A DNA stretch of 64,000 nucleotides from an uncultured bacterium. GTDB lineage: Bacteria; Bacillota_I; Bacilli_A; RFN20; CAG-826. Below are positions 16,761 through 26,560 of this stretch, piece after piece. The first letter of the stretch is position 1; every line of letters starts with the position of its first letter. The position numbers were made by a program, and so were the translations under genes. Location: positions 156,105-220,104 of the forward strand of contig CASFCL010000001.1 of assembly GCA_949293255.1 (NCBI GenBank). The letters are read 5' to 3'. The notes beneath the pieces are model-generated. The model was not told the origin of the DNA. It did no database searches and worked only from the letters and a program-made list of their open reading frames with translations.

Positions 16761-19172
16761 TTAAAAATTAATCTTTTTAAGATGCCAGATATCTTTATTA
16801 TATTCTTCGATAGTTCTATCACTTGAGAAGTATCCACTCATAGCGATGTTATATAAGCAACTTCTTTGCCATTTTGTATCATCAGAATGATATTCATCAA
16901 TTTTCTTTGATTCTTCTAAGTAAGCTTCAAAGTCTTTAAGAATATAATATTCATCATTATGATTCATGATTTCATCAAAGATGCTTCTGAATCTATCTGG
17001 GATATTTTCACACCATGGACCACTAAATAATGAATCTAAAATATATCTAATCTTGACATTTTCATTGTAGGTATCCCAAGCTGAATATGAACCAGTTTTT
17101 TGAATCTTTTCAATATCTTCAACTTTTAATCCGAAGATAAATGAATGTTCATCACCAACTCTTTCATTGATTTCAACATTAGCACCATCTAAAGTTCCTA
17201 AAGTCAAAGCACCATTCATCATGAATTTCATATTTGAAGTACCACTTGCTTCTTTTCCAGCTGTTGAAATTTGTTCAGAAATATCAGTTGCTGGAATAAT
17301 AAGTTCAGCTAATGAAACTCCATAATTTTCCATGAAGACAACTTTCATATATTTGTTAACTTCAGGATCGTTATTAACTACTTTTGCTACTGCATTGATT
17401 AAGCAAATAATTTCTTTTGCAAAATAGTATGAAGGAGCAGCTTTAGCTCCAAAAATGAATGTATGAGGAGCAAGTTTGAAGTTTTTATTTGTTTTAAGTT
17501 CATGATAATACCACATGATTCTAAAAACATTTAACAATTGTCTCTTATAAGCATGAAGTCTCTTAATTTGAGTATCAAAAATTGAATTTGGATCAATTTC
17601 AAGACCATAATGCTTCTTAACATAATCAGTAAGGCGAAGCTTATTGTTATATTTAATTTGTTTAAGAGTCTTTAAAACTTTCTTATCATCGATATAATCT
17701 TTTAATTTTTCTAATTCATCTGGATGAGTAATCCAACCTTCACCAATTAAAGATGTAATTAATGCTGATAATTCTTCATTTGAATACATCAACCATCTTC
17801 TATGGGTTACACCATTGGTTTTGTTGTTAAATTTTTCTGGGAAATATTTATAGAAATGTTTAAATGTAACATTTTTAAGAATATTTGTATGAATTGCAGC
17901 AACACCATTGACAGAGAAACATGTAAAGATAGCTAAATTAGTCATTCTGACCATTCCATCTTTAATTATTTCCATATTATCGTGTTCTTGTTCACTAACA
18001 TTATGTTCATTCATCCAAATTAAGAATCTTCTATTAATTTCTTCAATGATCATATAGCATCTAGGAATTAACATTTGGATGTATTGAATTGGCCATTTTT
18101 CTAAAGCTTCAGGCATGATTGTATGGTTGGTATAGGCGATACATTTTGTAACAATATTCCATGCATCATCCCATCCATATCCATGAACATCCATTAAAAG
18201 TCTCATTAATTCAGGAATTGCTAAAATTGGATGTGTATCGTTAAGTTGGAAAACATATTTTTCATGTAAATTATCAAGAGTTCCATAAATTCTCATATGT
18301 CCTCTGATTGCTGATTGCAAACCAGCAGAAACGAAGAAATATTGTTGTCTTAGTCTTAATAATTTACCATGTTCAGTTGTATCATCCGGGTATAAACCAT
18401 GTGATAATTCTTGAAGTGTTAATAAATATTGATCAAATGATTGAGAGCTAACCATGTTACCTTCGCTTGGTTGAGCTGACCATAATCTTAAGTTGTTAGC
18501 AACACCATTTTTATATCCAACAACTGAAACATCATATGGACAAGCAGTAACTTTTGTAGCATTTGCGGTTCTAATTCCATAATCACCATTAGCTTTTAAG
18601 AAAGTTTCAGCGTTTCCATAAAATTCAACTTCACAGCTATGTTTTGGTTTTCTAACTTCCCAAACAAATCCGTTTGTTAACCATTGATCTGGAAGTTCAA
18701 CTTGTCTTCCATCAACGATTCTTTGTTTAAAGAAACCATATTCATATCTAATACAGTTTCCGTTTCCTGGATAACCTAAAGATGCGATTGAATCGAGGAA
18801 ACAAGCAGCTAAACGTCCTAAGCCACCATTACCTAAACCAGCATCATCTTCCATTTCTTCAAGTTCACCAATATCAATACATAAAAGGGCGAGACCATCT
18901 TTACAAATATTGAAGATTCCTAAGTTCATCATGTTATTGGTTAAGAGTCTTCCAATTAAGAATTCCATTGAGAAATAGATTAATTGTTTTGCGTGTTTAT
19001 CGATGGTATAAGTTCTAGTATTTCTCCAACTTGTACCAGCGTAATCTCTAACCATTTCACCTAAGATTTCATATTTTTCAAAGATGTGTGCATCTTGAGG
19101 TTCTTTACCATATTTTGCAACGATTCGATCTTTATACATCGCTGCAAATTCTTCTTTATTTTTAAATAACAT
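16761..19172 (-). CDS. glgP: Glycogen/starch phosphorylase
   Basis: LGNGGLGRLAACF, QLNDTHP, KRLHAYKRQ, EASGTSNMK. Confidence 0.98.
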   Translation of the reverse strand: MLFKNKEEFAAMYKDRIVAKYGKEPQDAHIFEKYEILGEMVRDYAGTSWRNTRTYTIDKHAKQLIYFSMEFLIGRLLTNNMMNLGIFNICKDGLALLCIDIGELEEMEDDAGLGNGGLGRLAACFLDSIASLGYPGNGNCIRYEYGFFKQRIVDGRQVELPDQWLTNGFVWEVRKPKHSCEVEFYGNAETFLKANGDYGIRTANATKVTACPYDVSVVGYKNGVANNLRLWSAQPSEGNMVSSQSFDQYLLTLQELSHGLYPDDTTEHGKLLRLRQQYFFVSAGLQSAIRGHMRIYGTLDNLHEKYVFQLNDTHPILAIPELMRLLMDVHGYGWDDAWNIVTKCIAYTNHTIMPEALEKWPIQYIQMLIPRCYMIIEEINRRFLIWMNEHNVSEQEHDNMEIIKDGMVRMTNLAIFTCFSVNGVAAIHTNILKNVTFKHFYKYFPEKFNNKTNGVTHRRWLMYSNEELSALITSLIGEGWITHPDELEKLKDYIDDKKVLKTLKQIKYNNKLRLTDYVKKHYGLEIDPNSIFDTQIKRLHAYKRQLLNVFRIMWYYHELKTNKNFKLAPHTFIFGAKAAPSYYFAKEIICLINAVAKVVNNDPEVNKYMKVVFMENYGVSLAELIIPATDISEQISTAGKEASGTSNMKFMMNGALTLGTLDGANVEINERVGDEHSFIFGLKVEDIEKIQKTGSYSAWDTYNENVKIRYILDSLFSGPWCENIPDRFRSIFDEIMNHNDEYYILKDFEAYLEESKKIDEYHSDDTKWQRSCLYNIAMSGYFSSDRTIEEYNKDIWHLKKINF

Positions 19173-19174
19173 TG

Positions 19175-21085
19175 CTAATCCTCCTTCTTTTCTACGAATT
19201 TAAATATACAGGCAGCAAATGGAGCTAATTTAATTGTTAATTTATAAGGTCTATTTTCTGGTCCATAAAGTTCAGTATGGATATCTAAACCATTATAAGC
19301 ATTACTTCCTCCATAAACATCTTTATCGGAGTTAAAGATTTCTTTATATAAGCCTTCTCGAGTAGCTCCTACACTATAATATTCATAATAATTTGGTGTC
19401 ATATTAAAGATAAATAATAAATGAGAATCACCACATCTTCTTTCAAAAGCAAAGACTGAGTCATTAGCATTATCAACCATCAACCAATTAAAATGAATTG
19501 GATTATATTCTTCAAAATGCATTGCTTTTTCTGCTCTATAAATAAGATTTAAATCTCTAACAAGTCTAGAAACACTATCATGTTTTGGGAAACGTTTTAA
19601 TTCCCAAGGAAGTGATTTTTTCTCATTCCATTCATCCCAACTTGCAAGTTCATTACCCATGAAGTTAAGTTTTTTACCTGGATGAGCGAATTGATAAGTG
19701 TATAAATTTCTTACAAGAGCGAATTTTTCTTCATATCCACCCCACATTTTATTTAAAATGGTACCTTTTCCATGAACTACTTCATCATGGGAAAGTGGGA
19801 GTAAGAAGTTTTCTGAGAAGAAATATGCCATTGAGAAATTAATTTTGTTATGGTCATATTTTTTATAGATTGGATCTAAAGCATAATATTTTAAAGTATC
19901 ATTCATCCAACCTAAATCCCATTTATAATCAAATCCTAAACCATTCCAATCAGTAGGTTTTGTCACACCTGTAAAATCTGTTGAATCTTCAGCAATCATC
20001 ATTACTGAGTTATGAGCGATATGGATTTTACCATTTAATCTTTTAATAAATTCGGTTGCACCGGTATTTTCACCATTATTTTTATTGCCATCCCAATAGA
20101 CGATATTGCTGACTGCATCGCATCTAATACCATCAAAATGGAAATATTCAATAAAGTAATTCATCGCACTCATTAAGAAAGATCTAACTGGATCTTTTCC
20201 TAAATCAAATTGTAATGAACCCCATGGAGAATACATGTGTTCATTATCATATTCATATAAGCAAGTTCCATCAAATTTTGATAAGGCCCAAGGGTCGGTA
20301 GCAAAATGAACTGGAGCAAAATCTAAAATAACACCGATTCCAGCTTGATGCATTCTATCGACAAATGACATAAGTTGCATTGGGTTTCCATATCTAGAAT
20401 CGACACTATAAAATCCAGTTGCTTGATATCCCCAACTTCCATCAAATGGATATTGAGTGATAGGCATAATTTCAATATGTGTGAAACCTAATTCTTTTAA
20501 ATAAGGAATTAAATAATCAGCAATTTCTTCATAGGAAAGGTTTCTGCCGTTAATTTTTCCTTTCCAACTACCTAAATGCATCTCATAAATTGACATTGGA
20601 CGATCAAAATTACGATCGCGATGTTCTAAAAATGGACGGTCATGCCAAATAAAGCCTTCGATATTAAATAATCTTGAGCAACTTCCTGGACGATATTCTG
20701 AGAAAAATGCGTATGGATCTGCTTTATCTACATAATTTCCGTTAGCATCTTTAAAATGATACTTATAAAAAGAGTAGTTATGTAAATTAGGAATAAAGAT
20801 TTCATAAGCTCCGCATTCATCAACTCTTTCCATCTTATGAACGCCTGGATCCCAGTTATTAAAATCTCCGATTACACTAACATCACTAGCATTAGGAGCA
20901 TAAAGTCTAAATATAACTCCATCAATGATTCTTTTTCTTTTAACTTTTTTACTTCTAGAAGGATCTTTTTTTAAAGGAACATCTACTATTTCTTCAATTT
21001 CCTTTTTAATAAAATGAGCACCAAAATACTTGTATGCTTCAATTGTTTGACCCATTAAAAAATCGTAAAGAATTCCGTAAGCCAT
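19175..21085 (-). CDS. glgB: 1,4-alpha-glucan branching enzyme
   Basis: YEMHLGSW, SWGYQ, DGIRCDAV, AEDST, LSHDEVVHGK. Start moved to the ATG at 21085, which has an AAGGAA RBS. Confidence 0.97.
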   Translation of the reverse strand: MAYGILYDFLMGQTIEAYKYFGAHFIKKEIEEIVDVPLKKDPSRSKKVKRKRIIDGVIFRLYAPNASDVSVIGDFNNWDPGVHKMERVDECGAYEIFIPNLHNYSFYKYHFKDANGNYVDKADPYAFFSEYRPGSCSRLFNIEGFIWHDRPFLEHRDRNFDRPMSIYEMHLGSWKGKINGRNLSYEEIADYLIPYLKELGFTHIEIMPITQYPFDGSWGYQATGFYSVDSRYGNPMQLMSFVDRMHQAGIGVILDFAPVHFATDPWALSKFDGTCLYEYDNEHMYSPWGSLQFDLGKDPVRSFLMSAMNYFIEYFHFDGIRCDAVSNIVYWDGNKNNGENTGATEFIKRLNGKIHIAHNSVMMIAEDSTDFTGVTKPTDWNGLGFDYKWDLGWMNDTLKYYALDPIYKKYDHNKINFSMAYFFSENFLLPLSHDEVVHGKGTILNKMWGGYEEKFALVRNLYTYQFAHPGKKLNFMGNELASWDEWNEKKSLPWELKRFPKHDSVSRLVRDLNLIYRAEKAMHFEEYNPIHFNWLMVDNANDSVFAFERRCGDSHLLFIFNMTPNYYEYYSVGATREGLYKEIFNSDKDVYGGSNAYNGLDIHTELYGPENRPYKLTIKLAPFAACIFKFVEKKED

Positions 21086-21206
21086 AAGTTTTCCTTTCTT
21101 AATAAATAACCAAATATATTTTATCAAAGTAAAATTATGTTTTATAGAAAAACAAACAAATTTTTATGATTTTTGAAAATTAAATGAAAAGATTTTCATT
21201 AAAATG

Positions 21207-21238
21207 AAAAAGCCCATACTCGTGCTTAAAGTATGGGC
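21207..21238 (-). terminator. Intrinsic terminator after the esterase lipoprotein gene
   Basis: GCCCATACT/AGTATGGGC hairpin plus T-run on the minus strand. Confidence 0.85.
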
Positions 21239-21286
21239 AATTTTTTTTATACTTCTTAGGAGGTTAAACCTAGAAGAAACAAGATT

Positions 21287-23497
21287 TTATTTTGAAGTTG
21301 AAGCTAACCAACCCCAAAGTGTTACTTCTTCGCTACCAACCATAACTTTTCCAGTTGATGGAGCAGTAATGTTATTAGCATCTGTAACTGTAGTATCACA
21401 TTGATCTTTTAATGCATAGATCCATGAATAGTGACCCATGTATTCAACTTCTTTTCCTGAATCATCGCCAACAACATTTTCAAAGTATGAATAATAGACG
21501 TTTTGTGCGTTTGCATCGATTAATCTCTTATATGTTGCGTTGGTGAAATCATTTGGAATAACTGTTGTATCGTTTGCTGCATGAGTGAACCAAATATTTG
21601 AATCTTTTAAGAGGGCAATATTTTCATCAGTAATTGCGCTATCTGCTTTTGCTTCACAAATTGGATAGTAAGCTGCGAAGTAACTGTTGTATTTGATAGC
21701 CATTTCCATGGTCATGAAACCACCATTAGAACATCCACCTAAATAAATTCTATTTGGATCAATGTCTTCGTTACCTGCGACGTATGTTTCGATAGTTTTC
21801 ATTAAGGTTTCTGTATAAATTGAGGATGAAGTTCCTTCAGTTTGTGTACCGTCTCCTGCATCCATCCACATTGTTGGAGTTTGAACTGCAAGAACGTAAG
21901 CACCTGCTGAACCATTAGTTTTGAAGTAAGATTGAATCTTTTCTTCACCTAAATTGGTGACATCGTTACCAAGTAAGGCAATATCGACATCTGTTCCACC
22001 TTCTCCAGCACCATGAAGCCAAATGATTAATGGGTTTTTGACACCATCTTCTTCCATAGCAGTTGTTTCATATGCTTTATAGGTTAATTTTTGATTATTT
22101 TCTTCGTTTGTATAGGATTTTTGTTCACCCCAGTCTTTAACTGCAGTAATAACTCTTCCATTTTCTGCTTCTGTATTACAAACAAATGGTTTTTGAGTTG
22201 CATCATAAGTTGTTTCACCGATTTTTAATGATTTTCCTGCAGCTAATCTTGTAGTAATAGTATAGGAAGCATCCCAAATATTTCTACCTGTCTCATTAAC
22301 GTATTGGAATGGGCTTGCGCCATTTGTTGAGGTCATGATCCATCCACCCCAGTTTTGTGAGGTAATGTTGAATCCTAATTCCATTCCAACTTTGGTTCCG
22401 CTTGTAGCTGCTGTATCTTCATCACCATTTGCGTCTACTAAGTAGATATCTTTAACTTCTCTAGCACCAGCTCCGCCAGCACCTGAAGCATTAACTTGGA
22501 ATAAATCTATTGCTAAATCACTTGCTGCGACTGCGTTACCAGTTCCAAAATCGATGACTACTTTATAGACACCTGGACCCCATTCATAACCATTAACATA
22601 GTATGTATAGGTACCAATGTTTTCTGTGGTAACTGCTTCAACTTTGGTTTGTTCAATTCCTAAATCTCCATAGACTTTAATACAGTCCATGTTTGGTCCT
22701 TGCATACCGACTGTTGTAACGGTAATGACATTAGCACCAGCTTTAATAGAGACATCATCGATAATAAATTCATTCCATGCGTAGTAATTCCATGCTCCTT
22801 CGCCTGGCTCAAGGGTAATACCTGTTAAATCTAATTCGGTATCATTAACTTCAATTGTAATGACATCTTTAACAGTCATTGCGGTCATTTGGAATGATGT
22901 CCAATCCATTGCGGTTGTTGCCATGACAAATCCAAGATCAACTGTTCCAGCTTCTTCTGCTGTAAATTTAACATTTGTGACAACGCCTTGGGATTGATAA
23001 CCAAGAGATGCTCCACCACTTGCTGTATCAGTTTCTTCAACAGGTGTTTCAACTGGGTTACCAGTTCCATCTGTCCATCCACCAGCTGGTGGTATGTGTT
23101 GAGCATCTTCAAATTCTAAAACTGCATCTGGTTCAATTACTGGACGATTTGCAACTGTAATTTCAACTGTTCCTGCTTTATGACCAGCTTTTCTAGCTTT
23201 AATTGTTGCTTTTCCTGCTGATAAACCAGTAACTGTACCATCACTAGCAACACTAGCGATAGCTTCTCCACCTTCAACGATAGAGTATTGAACGTCTGTT
23301 ACAGCTGATCCATTAACTGTAGCAGTTACTTTAGCGGTTTGACCAACATAGATTTCTGAAACATCTAAAGCTAAAGTAATTTGAGGATTTTTGCTTGTTT
23401 GTTGTGTACCTTCTCCACAAGAAACAACGCCAAATGTAACACCACTTAAAATAAGTGCACTGGAGAGTAATAAAACTCCTATTCTTCTTTTTTTCAT
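21287..23497 (-). CDS. Multidomain lipoprotein: Ig-like (Big_2) + CBM-like + C-terminal alpha/beta-hydrolase esterase (COG4099-like)
   Basis: Lipobox VVS-C; ASVASDGTVTGLSAGKATI (Big_2); EFEDA..GPNMD (CBM6/35-like); PLIIWLHGAGE, GCSNGG, HAANDTTV, GHYSW. Confidence 0.85.
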   Translation of the reverse strand: MKKRRIGVLLLSSALILSGVTFGVVSCGEGTQQTSKNPQITLALDVSEIYVGQTAKVTATVNGSAVTDVQYSIVEGGEAIASVASDGTVTGLSAGKATIKARKAGHKAGTVEITVANRPVIEPDAVLEFEDAQHIPPAGGWTDGTGNPVETPVEETDTASGGASLGYQSQGVVTNVKFTAEEAGTVDLGFVMATTAMDWTSFQMTAMTVKDVITIEVNDTELDLTGITLEPGEGAWNYYAWNEFIIDDVSIKAGANVITVTTVGMQGPNMDCIKVYGDLGIEQTKVEAVTTENIGTYTYYVNGYEWGPGVYKVVIDFGTGNAVAASDLAIDLFQVNASGAGGAGAREVKDIYLVDANGDEDTAATSGTKVGMELGFNITSQNWGGWIMTSTNGASPFQYVNETGRNIWDASYTITTRLAAGKSLKIGETTYDATQKPFVCNTEAENGRVITAVKDWGEQKSYTNEENNQKLTYKAYETTAMEEDGVKNPLIIWLHGAGEGGTDVDIALLGNDVTNLGEEKIQSYFKTNGSAGAYVLAVQTPTMWMDAGDGTQTEGTSSSIYTETLMKTIETYVAGNEDIDPNRIYLGGCSNGGFMTMEMAIKYNSYFAAYYPICEAKADSAITDENIALLKDSNIWFTHAANDTTVIPNDFTNATYKRLIDANAQNVYYSYFENVVGDDSGKEVEYMGHYSWIYALKDQCDTTVTDANNITAPSTGKVMVGSEEVTLWGWLASTSK

Positions 23498-23531
23498 TAT
23501 AAACTCCTTAATGTTATTAAATTGTTATAAA

Positions 23532-23561
23532 GGGTTTAGAAGGGAAAAGCCCTTCTAAACC
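23532..23561 (-). terminator. Strong intergenic hairpin between GH3 and the esterase gene (terminator or mRNA stabiliser)
   Basis: GGTTTAGAAGGG/CCCTTCTAAACC 12-bp stem with a weak T tract. Confidence 0.65.
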
Positions 23562-23579
23562 TAATTATTTTTTTGAAAA

Positions 23580-26462
23580 TTATGCTTCTTTTGCAACTTC
23601 AACTTCTTCTGGTTGTTTTTGAAGTTTTAAAGCTTTCCAAGTAATTAATCCTGCCCAAGCAGCAACTGCTACCCATAAGATGACGTCTACTGGAATGAAC
23701 CAAGCAAGCCATGGTTCTTGATATTTAACAGCGTGAGCTGTTGCATTAGCAACTGAGTAAAGAATATTCTTGCATGCTCTTCTTGCTTGAACTTGAGAAG
23801 TTGCAGATTCCATAGATGGATCTCTACCTAAGAAAGTGAGACCTGTTAACCATAAATCGTTACCAGCTCTTACACCTTGATCTGGGTTCATGAATGCTTG
23901 CGTATTCATGTAGTAGTCAGTAATGACACAGCCTTGGAAGCCCCATTCATTTCTTAAAACTTCAGTAAGTAATGCATATGATGCACCTGTCCATGTGGTT
24001 CCAATTCTATTGAATGAAGACATAATACATCTTGTCTTACCTTCTTCAACTGTGATTTGGAATGGTTTTAAGTAAATTTCTCTTAATGCTTGTTCATCAA
24101 GATATGTGAATAATCCGTATCTTTGTGTTTCTTGATCGTTAACTGCGAAGTGTTTAACGTAGCAGTTTAAACCTTGTGATTGAGCACCGATAACAAATTG
24201 AGCACCCATTTTACCACTAAGATGTGGATCTTCTGAGTAGTATTCGAAGTTTCTACCTGCATATGGATTTCTATGAATGTTGACAGCTGGAGCATATAAA
24301 CCAGTGACACCCATTTCATTGGATTCCATACCGAAAGCTTCACCTTCCATTTGTGATAATTCTTTATTCCATGTTGAACCAACGACGATTTCTGATGGAT
24401 AAGACATAGCGACTAATTCTTCATAAGAAACGTTAGAGAAGTTAAATCCTTGAGGACCATCTAAGTCTCTATTGACGGCTTTATTGATGCTTGGAACTGC
24501 TGCTGTTTGATAACCACCATCAGCAATTAAGTCGGCCATTTCTTCGACGGTTAATTGATTTAATAAATCTTCCCAAAGAGGATCATCATAATCAAGTCCT
24601 GCCATGTCTTCAAGGTATAAACCTCTCATTGCTTCGGTTTCATTTCCATCATCATCAATTGTTGTTGCATAGACGATATTTCCATCTTCATCATAGACGA
24701 TATCGCCATTTTCATCTCTTTCTTCAGCTCTTACTTTATGTGTAATTGTGCCGGTTGTTGGATATTGATCGGTTGGATCGTCGACGATATCTTCTTGACT
24801 TGCGATAGCGTCTAAAACTTTTTGAGATGCTTCTCTAGCAGTTCTTGTAGCAACTGGGAAGTTAGAGGTTAAATTATCTGCTCTAGTCATGTATTGTGTG
24901 CTACCATCTGTCATAGCATCTTCAAATCTATTTTCGATGTCATAACCAGTATATTCGGTTGTATCGTAATAAACTGTTTGATTGACTGTGTAAGTAATTG
25001 GATCGACACCTGCTTTAATATCATGTGCGTTACTTGAAACTGAAAGGATGTAATTTCCATCTTCAAGTTCATAACCTTCATGTCCATCATTATTTGCATC
25101 ATCATAGTCATATGAAGCAAGTTCTCTAACTGAACATTCAAGGGTAACTGTTGCTGATGAATGTGGTTCAATCATTGGAGTTTTTTCAAAAGCAATTAAG
25201 TTTTTATGTGCTTTTTCGATTTCACCATTTGTGTATGGAGGGGTGACGTAAAGTTCAACTACATCTTTTCCTGCCATATCTCCATCATTTGTAACTTCGA
25301 CATCGATGCTAATCTTATCGTCATTACCTAATCTTTGTCCGGTGACTCTCCATGAGAAGTCGGTGTAAGATAAACCATACCCGAATGGATATTGAACTGC
25401 TGCATCATATCCTGTTTCATCGTTAGCGTATTTGGTTTCATAATATCTATAACCAACATAAATTCCTTCACTATAATCGACATAATATGTTTGTGCTCTA
25501 TTGGTATAGCTGTAGGTATATCTCATATTTGAGTTTAAATATGCAGGAGATGATTTTGAATCTCTAGCAAATGTATCTACTGTTCTACCACTTGGATTAA
25601 CTTCACCAGTTAATAATTTACCAACTTCTGATAAACCATAAGCACCTGGATGTCCAATCCAAACAACTGCGTCAACATAATCTTCATCTAAAATGTTAAG
25701 TTCCATTGGGTTAGCAATGTTTAAACAAACGACGACTGTTCCGAAATTTTGACCTGCCCATTCAATTAATTCTGCTTCTTTATCTGAAAGTTCAAGATAG
25801 TCTGCTTCAACACCACGTCCTGAATTATCTCTTTGATCACCAGCTTCACCTGCTGGAAGGTCCATACCTTCGCCACCGGTTCTACCAATATTAATTAAAG
25901 CGATATCAGAGAATTGTTTGTAAGAAGCAACATTAGCATTGTATAAACTTACATCTAATGCTGGTCTTGCTGGATAGAATGAGTTTTGAAGAGGATTACC
26001 AACATTTGTATCAACTCTTCCTGCTGTGACTTCAGCTTGCATTAAGTCAATGATGTCTTGATTATAATTGATTCCTGCTGCTTCATATGAAGCTAAATAG
26101 GTTTCTGGTTCATCAACTGTAGAAGCTCCTGAACCACTACCACCATAGTACATATTGATGGTATTGATACCAAAGACGTTAACGTTGATACCTTCTTCTT
26201 CGTTTTCGATTGTAAATGGTAAAGCATTGTTTTCGTTTTTAAGTAAAACCATACCTTCATCCATGATTTGATCGACAACTTCTCCGGCGTGTACATATGC
26301 ATCACCTTCTGTGTCTCCACCTTGGACACCACTACCACCAAAGTATGTTGTTAAGGCTTGTCTTAATTCAGTCCCTAACGCGAGAACATTTACGGTAACT
26401 AAAACAGCTGCTGCGGCTACGATACCGATGACATTCCCGATGATAAACTTTTTGTGTTTCAT
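23580..26462 (-). CDS. Membrane-anchored GH3 beta-glucosidase, domain-permuted (C-domain, Fn3, then barrel)
   Basis: GMVLLKN, EGIYVGYRYYET, YPFGYGLSY, DGPQG, GRNFEYYSEDP, KHFAVNDQE, WGFQGCVITDY; hydrophobic helices at both termini. Confidence 0.95.
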   Translation of the reverse strand: MKHKKFIIGNVIGIVAAAAVLVTVNVLALGTELRQALTTYFGGSGVQGGDTEGDAYVHAGEVVDQIMDEGMVLLKNENNALPFTIENEEEGINVNVFGINTINMYYGGSGSGASTVDEPETYLASYEAAGINYNQDIIDLMQAEVTAGRVDTNVGNPLQNSFYPARPALDVSLYNANVASYKQFSDIALINIGRTGGEGMDLPAGEAGDQRDNSGRGVEADYLELSDKEAELIEWAGQNFGTVVVCLNIANPMELNILDEDYVDAVVWIGHPGAYGLSEVGKLLTGEVNPSGRTVDTFARDSKSSPAYLNSNMRYTYSYTNRAQTYYVDYSEGIYVGYRYYETKYANDETGYDAAVQYPFGYGLSYTDFSWRVTGQRLGNDDKISIDVEVTNDGDMAGKDVVELYVTPPYTNGEIEKAHKNLIAFEKTPMIEPHSSATVTLECSVRELASYDYDDANNDGHEGYELEDGNYILSVSSNAHDIKAGVDPITYTVNQTVYYDTTEYTGYDIENRFEDAMTDGSTQYMTRADNLTSNFPVATRTAREASQKVLDAIASQEDIVDDPTDQYPTTGTITHKVRAEERDENGDIVYDEDGNIVYATTIDDDGNETEAMRGLYLEDMAGLDYDDPLWEDLLNQLTVEEMADLIADGGYQTAAVPSINKAVNRDLDGPQGFNFSNVSYEELVAMSYPSEIVVGSTWNKELSQMEGEAFGMESNEMGVTGLYAPAVNIHRNPYAGRNFEYYSEDPHLSGKMGAQFVIGAQSQGLNCYVKHFAVNDQETQRYGLFTYLDEQALREIYLKPFQITVEEGKTRCIMSSFNRIGTTWTGASYALLTEVLRNEWGFQGCVITDYYMNTQAFMNPDQGVRAGNDLWLTGLTFLGRDPSMESATSQVQARRACKNILYSVANATAHAVKYQEPWLAWFIPVDVILWVAVAAWAGLITWKALKLQKQPEEVEVAKEA

Positions 26463-26494
26463 CTGAAATTTTCCTCCTTAAAAAGTTCGGGAAA

Positions 26495-26560
26495 ATTATA
26501 GAAGTGAAACTCTCAAAATGAAAGCGCTTACACGTAACTTTGCAAATTTTTGCGTAACCT
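26495..26560 (-). promoter_or_regulatory. GH3 promoter: -10 TATAAT, cre site over the -35, and LytTR-type direct repeats
   Basis: TATAAT at 26495-26500; TGAAAGCGCTTACA at 26519-26532; GTTACG repeats at 26533-26538 and 26553-26558. Confidence 0.75.
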
